Of a stretch of DNA of 64,000 bases, positions 48,203 to 58,013 are shown one piece after another. Numbering within the stretch: the first letter of the stretch is position 1; each line of letters starts with the position of its first letter. Below the pieces are notes generated by a model. The model was not told the DNA's origin and ran no database searches. It saw only the letters and a program-made list of their open reading frames with translations. The position numbers and the translations under genes were made by a program. Source of the DNA: Thermoanaerobaculaceae bacterium (GTDB taxonomy: Bacteria; Acidobacteriota; Thermoanaerobaculia; Thermoanaerobaculales; Thermoanaerobaculaceae); the NCBI GenBank assembly GCA_035542455.1, contig DATKLI010000066.1, positions 2,870-66,869 on the forward strand. The letters run 5' to 3'.

Positions 48203-49021
48203 ATGGGCGAGCGGGAGCGTCTCGACGGGATGGTGGCGATCGTGACCGGCGGCGGCCGCGGGCTCGGCCGGGCGATTGCCCTCGGCCTCGCGCACGCGGG
48301 GGCGCGCGTCGCGATCACGGCGGCGCGCTCGCGGGACGAGATCGAGGCGGTCGCCGGGGAGGCCCGGCCCGGGCGCATCCTGCCGCTGACGGCCGACGTC
48401 GGCAGCGAGGAGGAGTGCGCGCGCGTCGCGGCCGAGGTCGCGAACCGCCTCGGGCAGGTGGACATCCTCGTGAACAACGCCGGGCGCGGGATGCGCTTCG
48501 TTTCCGATCGGTTCATGAGCGAGCCGACCAGGTTCTGGGAGACCGGCACCGAAGCCTGGCGGATGGTGATCGCGACCAACGTCAACGGGCCATTCTTCAT
48601 GGCGCGGGCGGTGGTGCCGCCAATGCTCGCGAAGGGGTGGGGGCGCATCATCAACGTCTCGATGAACCACGCGACGATGCGGCGGCGTGGCTTCTCGCCC
48701 TACGGCCCTTCCAAGGCCGCGCTCGAATCGGAGACGATCATCTGGGCGCAGGAGCTCGACGGCACGGGCGTCACCGTCAATGCGCTGCTGCCAGGAGGCG
48801 CCACGCGGACCGGCATGGTGCCGGACCACGTCCCTGAGGAGATCCGCCACTCGCTGCTGGAGCCGGAGGTCATCGTGCCCCCGCTCCTGTGGCTCGTCTC
48901 GCGGGACGCCGACGGCGTCACGGGGAAGCGGGTCGTCGCGTCGAGATGGGACCCGAAGCTGCCCGACGCCGCGGCGGCAGCGAACGCGGTCGAGCCCGCC
49001 GGGTGGACCACAACGGCGTAG
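48203..49021 (+). CDS. SDR-family oxidoreductase
   Basis: ATG at 48203 with AAGGAGG upstream. TGGGRGLG, NNAG and YGPSKAA catalytic motif. Confidence 0.85.
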   Translation: MGERERLDGMVAIVTGGGRGLGRAIALGLAHAGARVAITAARSRDEIEAVAGEARPGRILPLTADVGSEEECARVAAEVANRLGQVDILVNNAGRGMRFVSDRFMSEPTRFWETGTEAWRMVIATNVNGPFFMARAVVPPMLAKGWGRIINVSMNHATMRRRGFSPYGPSKAALESETIIWAQELDGTGVTVNALLPGGATRTGMVPDHVPEEIRHSLLEPEVIVPPLLWLVSRDADGVTGKRVVASRWDPKLPDAAAAANAVEPAGWTTTA

Positions 49022-49159
49022 AGCTCGGCCCTCGGCGCGCCCCGACCGCGGAGCGGCGGGCCGTCAACGTCCGCCCGCACCAGCCTCACACAACCCTCCG
49101 CGGGCCGCGGTCGGTGATCCCGGATGACGGTCGAGACGATGACCGCGTACCGGCAGGCG

Positions 49160-50464
49160 CTACCTCCGGTACACGACGCCGTTCTTCATGACGAAGCTCA
49201 CGTGCTCGAGCACGGAGATGTCCTGGAGCGGATCGCCGGGGACCGCGATGACGTCGGCGTAGAACCCCGGTTTGATCTGGCCGATGACGTCCTGCCAGCC
49301 GAGGAGCCGCGCGCCGTTCAGCAAGCCGGCGCGGAGCACGTCGACCGCCGGCATGCCGTACTTCACCATCAGCTCGAATTCGCGCGCCTGCGTGCCGTGC
49401 GGGAAAGGGCCGACGTCGGAGCCCACCGCCATCGGGACGCCCGCCGCGAGCTGCTTGCCGAACTCGCCGACGTGGAACGCGAGGACCGCGCGCTGCCGCT
49501 CGGCTGCCGCAGGCGACTCGGCGTGGTCGGCGAAGTACTCGGAGACGGCGAACGTGGGGACGGCGAAGATCTGCTTCTCGCGCATGATGCGCATCGTCTC
49601 CGAGCCGAGCTGGTCGGCGTGATCGATCGAGGCGACCCCGGCCTCGGCAGCGTAGAGAGCGCCCGGCTCGCCCGTGCAGTGGACGCCCACGCGCCTGCCC
49701 ACTCGCGCCGTTTCCCGGACGGCGGTCTCGAGCTCGCCCTCGGTGTACTGGTAGGGCGTGCTGAACACGCCGGCGACGAGGCGGTCGGCTCCGGTCTGGT
49801 AGATCTTGATGAAGTCCGCGCCCTCCTTCAGCTGCTGCCGGATCACCGCAACCAGCTCGTCGGCGTTGTTGGCATAGGTGGCGTTCGACGAGATGTGCTC
49901 GGCCGGGTTGAAGTGGATGGCATCCTCGTGGCCGCCCAAGATGCTGATCGCGTTGCCGCTCACGCGCATGCGGGGACCAGGAATCAGCCCCGAGTCGATG
50001 GCGTTGCGCACCGCCGTGTCGGCCGAGCCCGCGCCCTCGGTTCCCATGTCGCGTTCGGCGGTGAAGCCCGCCATCAGGTCCTCGCGGGCCGCGATCTCGG
50101 CGAGGATCGTCCGCTCGGGTACGGATTCGACGACGGTCTGGAGATCCTCGGCCCCTGGATGGAGGAAGAGGTGAACGTGGGCGTCGATAAGTCCGGGCAT
50201 GAGCGTCGCCGCGCCCAGGTCGATCACGGTGGCGCCTTCGGGACGGGCGACCGAGGAGCCGGCCTCGACGATTCGGTTGCCGCGCACCAGCACCTCTCCA
50301 GGGCTGACGAGAGTGCCACGCTCCACGTCGAGGAGGTGGGCGGCACGCAGCACGAGAGCCGCGGTGGTCGGAGCGCCGGGCGATTGAGCCCGGAGGACAC
50401 GGACGCCGGCGAGAGCCAGGATGGGGAGCAGTAGACACGTGACAACGCGCACGGATCGGGACAT
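49160..50464 (-). CDS. Secreted amidohydrolase-family metal-dependent hydrolase
   Basis: 434-aa ORF with a signal peptide, then PGLIDAHVHL metal-binding motif, and later HC/HADQ motifs. Confidence 0.85.
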   Translation of the reverse strand: MSRSVRVVTCLLLPILALAGVRVLRAQSPGAPTTAALVLRAAHLLDVERGTLVSPGEVLVRGNRIVEAGSSVARPEGATVIDLGAATLMPGLIDAHVHLFLHPGAEDLQTVVESVPERTILAEIAAREDLMAGFTAERDMGTEGAGSADTAVRNAIDSGLIPGPRMRVSGNAISILGGHEDAIHFNPAEHISSNATYANNADELVAVIRQQLKEGADFIKIYQTGADRLVAGVFSTPYQYTEGELETAVRETARVGRRVGVHCTGEPGALYAAEAGVASIDHADQLGSETMRIMREKQIFAVPTFAVSEYFADHAESPAAAERQRAVLAFHVGEFGKQLAAGVPMAVGSDVGPFPHGTQAREFELMVKYGMPAVDVLRAGLLNGARLLGWQDVIGQIKPGFYADVIAVPGDPLQDISVLEHVSFVMKNGVVYRR

Positions 50465-50551
50465 GAAGGGGATGCTAGCACTCCGCGCGGGGGCGGCGGT
50501 CCACCGAAGCGGTGACCCTTTGCCCGGTTGAACCTCGAGCCCACGTGCAAG

Positions 50552-50905
50552 CTAGGGCGTCGGTGGACAGGGCGGGATCCGGCCCGAGCGGTTCCATGCC
50601 ACAACGATGCCGTCCCGATTCACGCAGAGCGCCATCTGTGTCACGAACGACTCCGCGGTCGCGGCAACGTAGGGAAAGTCATTGACTTCATCCCAATACG
50701 ACGAAGGAAGGGCGTGATCGAACTGCCAGGTGCAGATCGCGCAGCCGCCATCGACCTACTGGATGCTCGTGGGAGGCCCTTTCTCAGCGACCACGTCGTC
50801 GATCCGGCGGCCGGTCCGGTCCCCGCTGCGCGCGACCGAGGCGCAGGACCCGCACGCGATCGAGGCCACCGCTGCGAGCGCCCAGAGTGTGATCGACCGA
50901 GCCAT
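50552..50905 (-). pseudogene. Putative small lipoprotein gene with in-frame TAG (50756-50758)
   Basis: My translation: MARSITLWALAAVASIACGSCAS...EKGPPTSIQ-TAG-VDGGCAICTWQFDHALPSSYWDEVNDFPYVAATAESFVTQMALCVNRDGIVVAWNRSG.... Both halves look coding-like. Confidence 0.35.
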
Positions 50906-51045
50906 GGGCCACCTCTGCAGCCGACAAGTCCAAGCCCCGTGCCGCGATCGAGTGAGACGGTCGGGATTTGATCGTGCGGGCGACGGCATGCGCAAGTGAC
51001 GGCCGCTCCTCGCCGGATGACGGTGGGACCGGCGATCCCGGCCGC

Positions 51046-51210
51046 TCAGTTCTCCTTCCGCGTCGTCCGCTCGCAGCGCCCGCAGGTGAGGATCTCCGCC
51101 TCTCGCGTCGGCAGCTTGAGGTTCGCAGCGCCGAGCGGATCGTGGTCGTGCGTCGGCTTCCCGCACCAAGGGCATCGGCGTCCGCCCCCTTCCGTCGACG
51201 GCTCAGTCAC
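51046..51210 (-). CDS. Unannotated 54-aa zinc-ribbon small protein (paralog 2, CxxC...CxxC intact)
   Basis: My translation: MTEPSTEGGGRRCPWCGKPTHDHDPLGAANLKLPTREAEILTCGRCERTTRKEN. It is the same length as the ORF at 37544..37708 and has the same termini (MTEP...RCERTxRKEN). Confidence 0.5.
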   Translation of the reverse strand: MTEPSTEGGGRRCPWCGKPTHDHDPLGAANLKLPTREAEILTCGRCERTTRKEN

Positions 51211-51718
51211 CGGCACTGGCTAGCGCCAGGGTCGGTCTCTGAAGGCGAGGGTTGCCCTGCGACGCCCGCGGGAAGTGCTCACCCCGGGGGCGTCTAGTCG
51301 AAATGACAGCGGGCATCGTGGAGTCGGCCGGTGAGTGTCTTCGGGCAGCGGACGAGCGACGCAGTACCTCTCCGTACTCTGGTCAGGGATGAGGGAGGTC
51401 ACCTTCGATCGCTCGCTGGTCGCTTGCCTGATCTGCTCGGCCGTCTTCTTCCTGCTCGCTCGCGCGAGCGTTCTCGGTCGCGGGCTGCGGTCCGGGGCAC
51501 GATCCAAGCTCGTCGTGCTGACAGTGCTGGGTCGTGTGCACGTGCGCACGCACTTCATGCTGCTTCCGCTAGTGTCGGAGCGGTTCTTCCTGCCCCGTAC
51601 TTGGTCGGCTGGTGGGCTCTCTTCGCTCTGGTCTCTTGACAGGCGCGAGGTACGGCCTTCGATGTCGCCACCGCGGACAAGGGGTCGGCGCCGAGTGAGG
51701 CGCTCGGGAGTCGGGCGC

Positions 51719-54340
51719 TCAGCGAGCCGGCTTGAGCAGGTCCTGAAAGGGAGCGTAGGTCCACAGCGGGTGGAGCCGGAAATCCGCGTGCATTTCAAAA
51801 GTCTGCTGACCCTGGGCGATTGCCTCGCGGAGGAGCGATACCGCCTGTCCCGTCTCGCCGAGCCAGGCGGCGATAGCGGCCCTACCCCGCGCCGGCTCGC
51901 CGAAAAGGTAGGGGCGATCCAGATGCTCAAGCCACTGCTCGACCTCCCCGGCGCGGTGCCGATCCCCACTCCGCGCGGCGATGATCCCGAGGAGCGTCAT
52001 GTAGGCCACGTCGTCGGGCCGCTCCGAGGTCAGGTCCGCGAGTTCGGTCGCGGCCTCGCTGGGGCGATCGGCCAGGAACAGCGCGAACGCGAGGGCGGCG
52101 CGATTCGCAGCGGCCCTGCGTTCCTGGTCCGGCCGGGAGTTCAACCAGGTGAGGGTCCGTTGCACGAGCACGCCGCCGGACTCGACGTGGCCATGCCAGA
52201 CAAGCTCCTGAGCCCAACCCAGCATGACGCTCCCGGCCCTGGCGTGCGCCTCACCGGGAAGCGCGAGCAGTTGGTCGCTGAGTCGCTCGAGCTCGTCGAG
52301 ACGACCTAGGCCGATCACAGCGTCGCCCTCGTCCCCGACCAGATCAATCAGGTCGGGGTGAATCTCTCGGCCCGCGCGCGCCGTCCGGAGCTCGCCAGCG
52401 TAGTCGCCCGCCAAGTGCTGGGAGATCGCCAGCACGCGCCAGTACGGCAGCCAGTCGCGTGCAATTGGAGAATCCCGCTTGAAGCGCCCCAGCACCTCGA
52501 TCGCCTCGCGCGGCCGGTTCGCAAAGAGCAAGACCCGGCCGAGCTCGATGCCCTGCCCGGAAAGAGGGGCGAGCTCTGCGGCCCTCCGCGCTGCGATGAC
52601 CTGCCCGGCAGTGTCTCCGCGAAGTCGTGCCTCGAGCTCCTCGAGGATCGCCCGGTCGAGTTCCGGGAGGCGATCGCGGGTACCCGCAAGCTCGCGTAGC
52701 GTCTCGGCAAGAGCGGGAAAGTCACTCAGGTTTGCCTGGCAATAGGCCGCGAGCAGCCGGGCGTGGGCGAACGAGGCGTTGGTCGCCGCGACGCGCTGGA
52801 AGAGGGGCATGGCACCCCGGAAGTCACGTGCAATGAATCGCTCCATGGCCGCGATGTAGACCTGGTACGCCTCGTAGCTCGGCAGGGGTGCGATCACCGC
52901 CGCGATTGGCGCGGAGCGGGGGTCGAGGGCCATCGCGATCGTGGCCATGACCCGTTCTCTCAACCTCTCGACCGCGCCGAGAGGCTGATCGGCCGGAGCT
53001 GTAGTCGGTCCGATTGCACCGAGCACCGAGTTCTTCCCGGCGTCGTAGACCGTTGCCTGGACCTGCAGGACGCCGCCGGACAGGTAGTACGCGCCCGATA
53101 CCACGGTTCCGGCGCCGAGCTCCTTGCCCAGCCACGTTCGTTCCTCGGCCTCTCCGCCTGCGGCCGACCTCCGACCCGGTTGGCGCCCGTACGCGAGCGA
53201 TGTTGCAAGCGGGATGACCCGGACGATACCGGTCTCGGAGAGCCCTTGGATGATCCAGTCCGCGCTCATCGCGCCGACCGTGTCGAGGTGCGGGTCACCA
53301 GTGCGGTTCTCGAAGGGAAGCACCAGGACACACCTGCGGTCGGGAGTCGGCGGCGGTCCCCCACGGCTCAGATGGTCGTGGACCAATACGACGTACCCGC
53401 CCACGAGACCGGCAATCGCGGCCGCGGCGCTCGCCGCAGCCAGCCAGGGGCGACGTCGAAGCGAACACTTCAGTGAGATCCAGGGCGACACCGCGCGCTC
53501 GACCATCGCTGACTCCAGTGCCGCAAGGACTTCACCCGCGTTGCGGTACCGCTCGTCTTGTTCCTTCCGGAGGCACTTCTGGATTACCGACGCAAGCTGC
53601 GACGGTACGGCCGCGGGAAGAGGCGCCGGGTCCCCCTTGAGTATCGCCGCCACGGTGTCCGCTGCCGTTTTCCCATGGAACGGCTGCGCCCCCGCCACCA
53701 TCTCGTACAGCACGATCCCGAGGGCGAAGACGTCCGCCCGCGGGTCGACCGGCATCCCACGTGCCTGCTCCGGCGCCATGTACGCGACCGTCCCGAGTAC
53801 CCGCCCGAACTCCGTCGCTCCCGTCGGAGCGTGCGTGAGTGTCTCGACCTCGCGGACCGGGACGGCCTCCGCCTCCTTCGCCAGCCCGAAGTCCAGGACC
53901 TTCACCACGCCTCGCGTTGTGAGGAAGACGTTCGCCGGCTTGAGGTCGCGGTGGACGATCCCCTTCTCATGCGCCGCCGCGAGACCGCGGGCGATCTGAA
54001 CGGCGACCACCAGGGCGTCGCCCGCCGGGAGCGCGCCCTTCGCGAGCCGCTCGGCTAGGGACTCACCCTCGAGCAGCTCCTCGACCAGAAACGGCACGCC
54101 GTCGGTCGTTCCGACGTCGTGCACGTCGAGGATGTTGGGATGCGAAAGCGCGGCAGTCGCCTTCGCCTCGCGCTCGAAGCGGCGGAGGCGATCAGGGTCC
54201 GAAGCGAACTCCGCCGGCAGCACCTTGATCGCGACGTCGCGGCCAAGGCGGGTATCGCGTGCCCGGTAGATCTCGCCCATCCCACCCGCGCCGATGCGGG
54301 CGATGATCTCGAAGTGGGCGATCCGGTTGCCCGGTTGCAT
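51719..54340 (-). CDS. Hanks-type Ser/Thr protein kinase with TM and divergent TolB-N-like/TPR-like C-terminus (paralog 3)
   Basis: GAGGMGEIY, AIKVL, HRDLKPANVF, DFGLAKE and YMAPEQ. TM segment WLAAASAAAAIAGLVGGYVVLV. Confidence 0.9.
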   Translation of the reverse strand: MQPGNRIAHFEIIARIGAGGMGEIYRARDTRLGRDVAIKVLPAEFASDPDRLRRFEREAKATAALSHPNILDVHDVGTTDGVPFLVEELLEGESLAERLAKGALPAGDALVVAVQIARGLAAAHEKGIVHRDLKPANVFLTTRGVVKVLDFGLAKEAEAVPVREVETLTHAPTGATEFGRVLGTVAYMAPEQARGMPVDPRADVFALGIVLYEMVAGAQPFHGKTAADTVAAILKGDPAPLPAAVPSQLASVIQKCLRKEQDERYRNAGEVLAALESAMVERAVSPWISLKCSLRRRPWLAAASAAAAIAGLVGGYVVLVHDHLSRGGPPPTPDRRCVLVLPFENRTGDPHLDTVGAMSADWIIQGLSETGIVRVIPLATSLAYGRQPGRRSAAGGEAEERTWLGKELGAGTVVSGAYYLSGGVLQVQATVYDAGKNSVLGAIGPTTAPADQPLGAVERLRERVMATIAMALDPRSAPIAAVIAPLPSYEAYQVYIAAMERFIARDFRGAMPLFQRVAATNASFAHARLLAAYCQANLSDFPALAETLRELAGTRDRLPELDRAILEELEARLRGDTAGQVIAARRAAELAPLSGQGIELGRVLLFANRPREAIEVLGRFKRDSPIARDWLPYWRVLAISQHLAGDYAGELRTARAGREIHPDLIDLVGDEGDAVIGLGRLDELERLSDQLLALPGEAHARAGSVMLGWAQELVWHGHVESGGVLVQRTLTWLNSRPDQERRAAANRAALAFALFLADRPSEAATELADLTSERPDDVAYMTLLGIIAARSGDRHRAGEVEQWLEHLDRPYLFGEPARGRAAIAAWLGETGQAVSLLREAIAQGQQTFEMHADFRLHPLWTYAPFQDLLKPAR

Positions 54341-54372
54341 TGTGGAGCGGCCCTCACTTGAGATTCTACCGC
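54341..54372 (-). promoter_or_regulatory. Conserved kinase leader block, copy 3
   Basis: Minus-strand reading: GCGGTAGAATCTCAAGTGAGGGCCGCTCCACA-ATG. Confidence 0.45.
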
Positions 54373-54479
54373 CCAGAGAGCAGGTTCAGGGAGGCGTCGA
54401 CGCCGGGCCTGCTCGTTGTCGGCATCGCAGCGCGTGAGCGGGCTCGCCCGCCCCGCCGATCCTCCCGCGACCTCTGGAA

Positions 54480-55412
54480 TCACGCCGAAGCGTCGTCGAG
54501 ACGCTTGCGCTCGTCGTCCCGGAGCTGCATGGAGACGAACGGCAGCAGCTCCTCGAGCTGTTCGGGGGTGCGGGCGCTGGCGATCGGGGCGACGACGGCG
54601 GGACGCGACCGAAGCCACGCGAGGGCGACCGCGGCGACCGTCGTCCGGCGCTCCGCGGCTATTTCGTCGAGCGCCGCGAGGACCCGGCGCCCCGTGTCGT
54701 CGAGGTACTCCCCGGCTCTCGCGGCGCGCGCGCTCGCCACCTCCGAGCCCGTACGGTACTTGCCGGAGAGGAAGCCGCTGGCGAGCGCGTAGTACGGGAA
54801 GCATGCCAGCCCCTCGCGGGTGCAGAGCGCGGCCAGTCCGCTCTCGTACTCGCTTCGGTGCACCAGGTTGTAGTGCGGCTGGAGCGCCACATACCGGACA
54901 ATTCCGAGACGCTTCGAGGTCGCCAGGGCCTCCGCGAGGCGCGCTTCGGTGTAGTTCGACGCCGCGACGTAGCGGATCTTCCCCTCGCGCACGAGCGCGT
55001 CGAGCGCTCCCAACGTCTCCTCGAGCGGAGTCGCCGGGTCGTCCCTGTGGGCGTAGTAGAGGTCGATGTGGTCCGTCTGCAGCCGGCGGAGCGACCCCTC
55101 GGCCGCCGCGCGGATGGTCTTAGCGGACAGCCCGCCGAGATCCGGGAACATCCCGACCTTCGTGGCCACGACCATCCGATCCCGGTTGCGCCTCTGGACC
55201 ATCCAGCGACCGATGATCGTCTCGGACTCACCCCCGGTGTGGCCCGGCACCCAGGCCGAGTAGACGTCCGCCGTGTCGACGAAGTTGCCGCCGGCGGCCG
55301 CGTAGGCATCGAGTACCGCGAACGATTGCTTTTCGTCGGCGGTCCACCCGAACACGTTGCCGCCGAGACAAAGCGGGAAGACGTCGATCGAACTCGTGGG
55401 GATCCGCGTCAT
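54480..55412 (-). CDS. Aldo/keto reductase
   Basis: 310-aa ORF with LGGNVFGW, FVDTADVYS and HRDDP motifs. Confidence 0.9.
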   Translation of the reverse strand: MTRIPTSSIDVFPLCLGGNVFGWTADEKQSFAVLDAYAAAGGNFVDTADVYSAWVPGHTGGESETIIGRWMVQRRNRDRMVVATKVGMFPDLGGLSAKTIRAAAEGSLRRLQTDHIDLYYAHRDDPATPLEETLGALDALVREGKIRYVAASNYTEARLAEALATSKRLGIVRYVALQPHYNLVHRSEYESGLAALCTREGLACFPYYALASGFLSGKYRTGSEVASARAARAGEYLDDTGRRVLAALDEIAAERRTTVAAVALAWLRSRPAVVAPIASARTPEQLEELLPFVSMQLRDDERKRLDDASA

Positions 55413-55720
55413 CGTTCCTCCTGGTCTTTGGCACGACCACGTCTCAAAACCGTAGCACGTGGGTCGAGTGCTCGTTCATAGGTCTCGGACGGCCATACCC
55501 CCGCAGCGCCCTCCAGCCGCTCATCTCAACCGGCGCCACGCCGAGCAGTCTTCCCTCGTCCGTGGTTCCGGTCAGCCGGGTCGGGAAAGGGATTGACTCC
55601 AGCCCCGGCGACACCCTACGATCTTCTTCGATTCAATACGCGGTTGAAACAACCTCTGCGCGCCGGCGATGGGATATCGTCCCGTCGCAGGCACGCGATC
55701 GAAAAGGGAGGAGGAGAAGA

Positions 55721-56389
55721 ATGAGACGTCTCGGAATCGTGATCGCTGTGATCCTGGCCTTCGCCGCCCCCGCAGCTCAGGCGGCCATCGTCTTCACCAA
55801 CCTCGGGACGAACAGCCCGCCGTCGATGCTCACCATCGCGCCGGTGACCGCGCTCGACACGACTCCGCAGGCCGCCATCGTCGACGGCACGCCGACGGGG
55901 TCGATCCCGGCCACGCCGCTGACCGGCAACCTCACGTTCTCGCAGAACCTGCGGAAGGAGACGGTCCCTTCGACGTGGGCGACGTGGAGCAACGGGTACA
56001 CGGGCCCGGTCTTCGAGTACAACACGGATCCGACGACGGTGACGATCACCCTCCCCGCCGGATCGACCGCCTTTTACGCCTACGTCGAACCTGACAACTT
56101 CGGCGCCTACAACGTCACGGCCGTCACGAACACGGGCGTGAGCTCGGGCGCGATCTCAGTGACGGGAGATAGCGGTGCCAATGGATTCGGGTTCAACACG
56201 ACCGACACCGCCGAGACGATCGCGAGCGTCACGATCACCGTGGACGCGGGGGCCGGCGGGTTCGCCGTCGGCGAGTTCGGCCTCTCCGAGACACCCAACC
56301 AGGCAATCCCCGCCTTGAACTGGGTTGGACTCGTGGTGCTCGCGGGGCTGCTGGCGCTGGGCGGTCTGATCGTCCTGCGCCGCCTCTAG
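55721..56389 (+). CDS. Secreted protein with IPTL-CTERM-type C-terminal sorting signal
   Basis: ATG at 55721 with GGGAGGAGG upstream. Signal peptide MRRLGIVIAVILAFAAPAAQA. The C-terminus IPALNWVGLVVLAGLLALGGLIVLRRL fits motif + TM + basic tail. Confidence 0.7.
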   Translation: MRRLGIVIAVILAFAAPAAQAAIVFTNLGTNSPPSMLTIAPVTALDTTPQAAIVDGTPTGSIPATPLTGNLTFSQNLRKETVPSTWATWSNGYTGPVFEYNTDPTTVTITLPAGSTAFYAYVEPDNFGAYNVTAVTNTGVSSGAISVTGDSGANGFGFNTTDTAETIASVTITVDAGAGGFAVGEFGLSETPNQAIPALNWVGLVVLAGLLALGGLIVLRRL

Positions 56390-56412
56390 AGCGTTCTCCG
56401 GCACGTTGGACG

Positions 56413-56446
56413 GCGCCGGCGCCCTCGGGTGCCGGCGCTTTTCTTC
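56413..56446 (+). terminator. Rho-independent terminator
   Basis: gcgccggcgccc / gggtgccggcgc stem (56413-56424 / 56427-56438), followed by ttttcttc. Confidence 0.7.
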
Positions 56447-56479
56447 GCCGGGGTCACGAACGGCCGCCCGGGAGCCGGG

Positions 56480-57460
56480 CTACTCGGTCGGCCCACCGAC
56501 AGCCGCGGCGACCTGATCGGCCTTTACCTTCGCCGCATCGAACCGCCGGGCGGACGCGACCATCTTCTCGACGGTGGCGTCGAACTCGGGGCTGCCGCCG
56601 CGCTGGAAGCGGAGCGGGTTGATCCGCGCGACCACGAACGCCTTCAGGTAGGGGCTCTCGAAGCCGCGGGCCTTGAGCGCCTTCACCGCCTCGCCGACCG
56701 CGTCGTCCAGCACGAGGAGCCTGTCGGCGCGGCCCTCGCGCTCGGCGAGGGCCGCCGGGAGCCCGGTGTGGAGGAAGCGCTCGACGCGCCGCAGCACCGG
56801 GTTGTAGGCGCCGCCCGCGAAGCGGCCGTTCTTCTCGTAGCAGCAGCCGAGCGTCAGCAGCGCGGGCTCCTCGAATTCGAGCGCGAACTCCGATTCCGCC
56901 CTGGCCGGGTGCGCGGCGGCCAGCGCCCGCGCCATCCGGATCACCTCCAGCGCCTTCTCGCGGATGTTGTGCGCCTTCTCGGTGTTGAGCGCCAGGATCT
57001 TGAACGCGACCTCCGGATCGGGAAGCACCAGCGCGACGATCGAGCGGCCGCCGAGCCCGCGAACGGCCGCGAGCCTGTGGTGCCCGTTCGGCGTCCACCA
57101 CCCGCCCTCCGCGCCGCGCACCGCGACGATCGGGTCCACGAAGCGGTCGAGCTTGTCGATGACGCCGGCGAGCCGCTCGACGTGCGTCTCGGAGAGGTCG
57201 CGCTGGAATGGCGTCGGAGCGACCTTCGCGATCGGGAGCGCGGCGAGGACGTGCCAGTGGCCGCCGACTGGGTCTCGAAACGCGCCGAGGAACGTGCCGC
57301 CGTCCGCCTCGATCTCGCGGCGGAGCCCCTCCACCTTCGCAGGCGGGTTCGACGCCGCAACCTGCCCCGCCGTCAGGCCGCGCGACGCCGGCTCGGCACC
57401 TGTCTTCCTCCGCCGCGCGCGCGTCGCCCCGCCCTTCGCCCTGCCCTTCGTCTCCGCCAT
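56480..57460 (-). CDS. ParB/Srx-fold (ParB N-terminal domain) protein
   Basis: ATG at 57460 with GGGGGAGG 8 nt upstream. PFQRDLSETHVERL and TPNGHHRLAA motifs of ParB-like nuclease/NTPase domains, plus a long helical C-terminus. Confidence 0.7.
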   Translation of the reverse strand: MAETKGRAKGGATRARRRKTGAEPASRGLTAGQVAASNPPAKVEGLRREIEADGGTFLGAFRDPVGGHWHVLAALPIAKVAPTPFQRDLSETHVERLAGVIDKLDRFVDPIVAVRGAEGGWWTPNGHHRLAAVRGLGGRSIVALVLPDPEVAFKILALNTEKAHNIREKALEVIRMARALAAAHPARAESEFALEFEEPALLTLGCCYEKNGRFAGGAYNPVLRRVERFLHTGLPAALAEREGRADRLLVLDDAVGEAVKALKARGFESPYLKAFVVARINPLRFQRGGSPEFDATVEKMVASARRFDAAKVKADQVAAAVGGPTE

Positions 57461-57638
57461 CGCCGCCGCCTCCCCCGGGGACGCCGCGCGAGCTCGAGCG
57501 CGGCACCCGTGCCGGCTGACCACCAATTATCGCCTCGCCGCGGGCACCGGCGACGTCGGGCCGACGCCTCGGCAGGGGCAGAGGCACTGCGGACGTGACC
57601 GCGCGCGCCGGAGGTGCCGGCGCCCTTCGGCGGCGGCG

Positions 57639-58001
57639 CTAGAACGACAGTGTCACCGCGCCCTGAGCGAGGTACTCGACGACACGCGCGGCGGTGACGA
57701 TCTTCGCACCCGGGATGAGGTGCTCGTCGGTAATCCCTCGCGGCTTGGTGCACGCGCCGCACGCCCAGATCTGCCCCCCATTCGCCACGAACGCCCGGAT
57801 CACGTCGTCGAGCGGGTCGAGACCGGCCTGGTGGATCCCGACCGCGTACCCCTTCGTCGCCAGCCACACCGCCTCGCTCGTCAGCAGAACGACCGCCTCC
57901 TGGTCGGCCGCCGCCGCCACGTTGCCCACGACGAACGGCAGGGTCGACCTCTCGGGGTCCTCCTTGCCGTGGTTTGCGCTCGCCACTATCTTCGCCGGCA
58001 T
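57639..58001 (-). CDS. DsrE/DsrF-family sulfur-relay protein
   Basis: 120-aa ORF with GGGAGGA SD. PFVVGNVAAA...VVLLTSEAV...IWACGAC is a DsrE-like layout with a conserved Cys. Confidence 0.7.
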   Translation of the reverse strand: MPAKIVASANHGKEDPERSTLPFVVGNVAAAADQEAVVLLTSEAVWLATKGYAVGIHQAGLDPLDDVIRAFVANGGQIWACGACTKPRGITDEHLIPGAKIVTAARVVEYLAQGAVTLSF

Positions 58002-58013
58002 TTGAGATCCTCC

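Noticed and set aside
50756-51175. 139-aa ORF 50756..51175 as a single gene
   Set aside because: Its N-terminal two thirds are Arg/Asp/Pro-rich and overlap the better-supported zinc-ribbon ORF in another frame. Only the part from ATG 50905 looks like a signal peptide.
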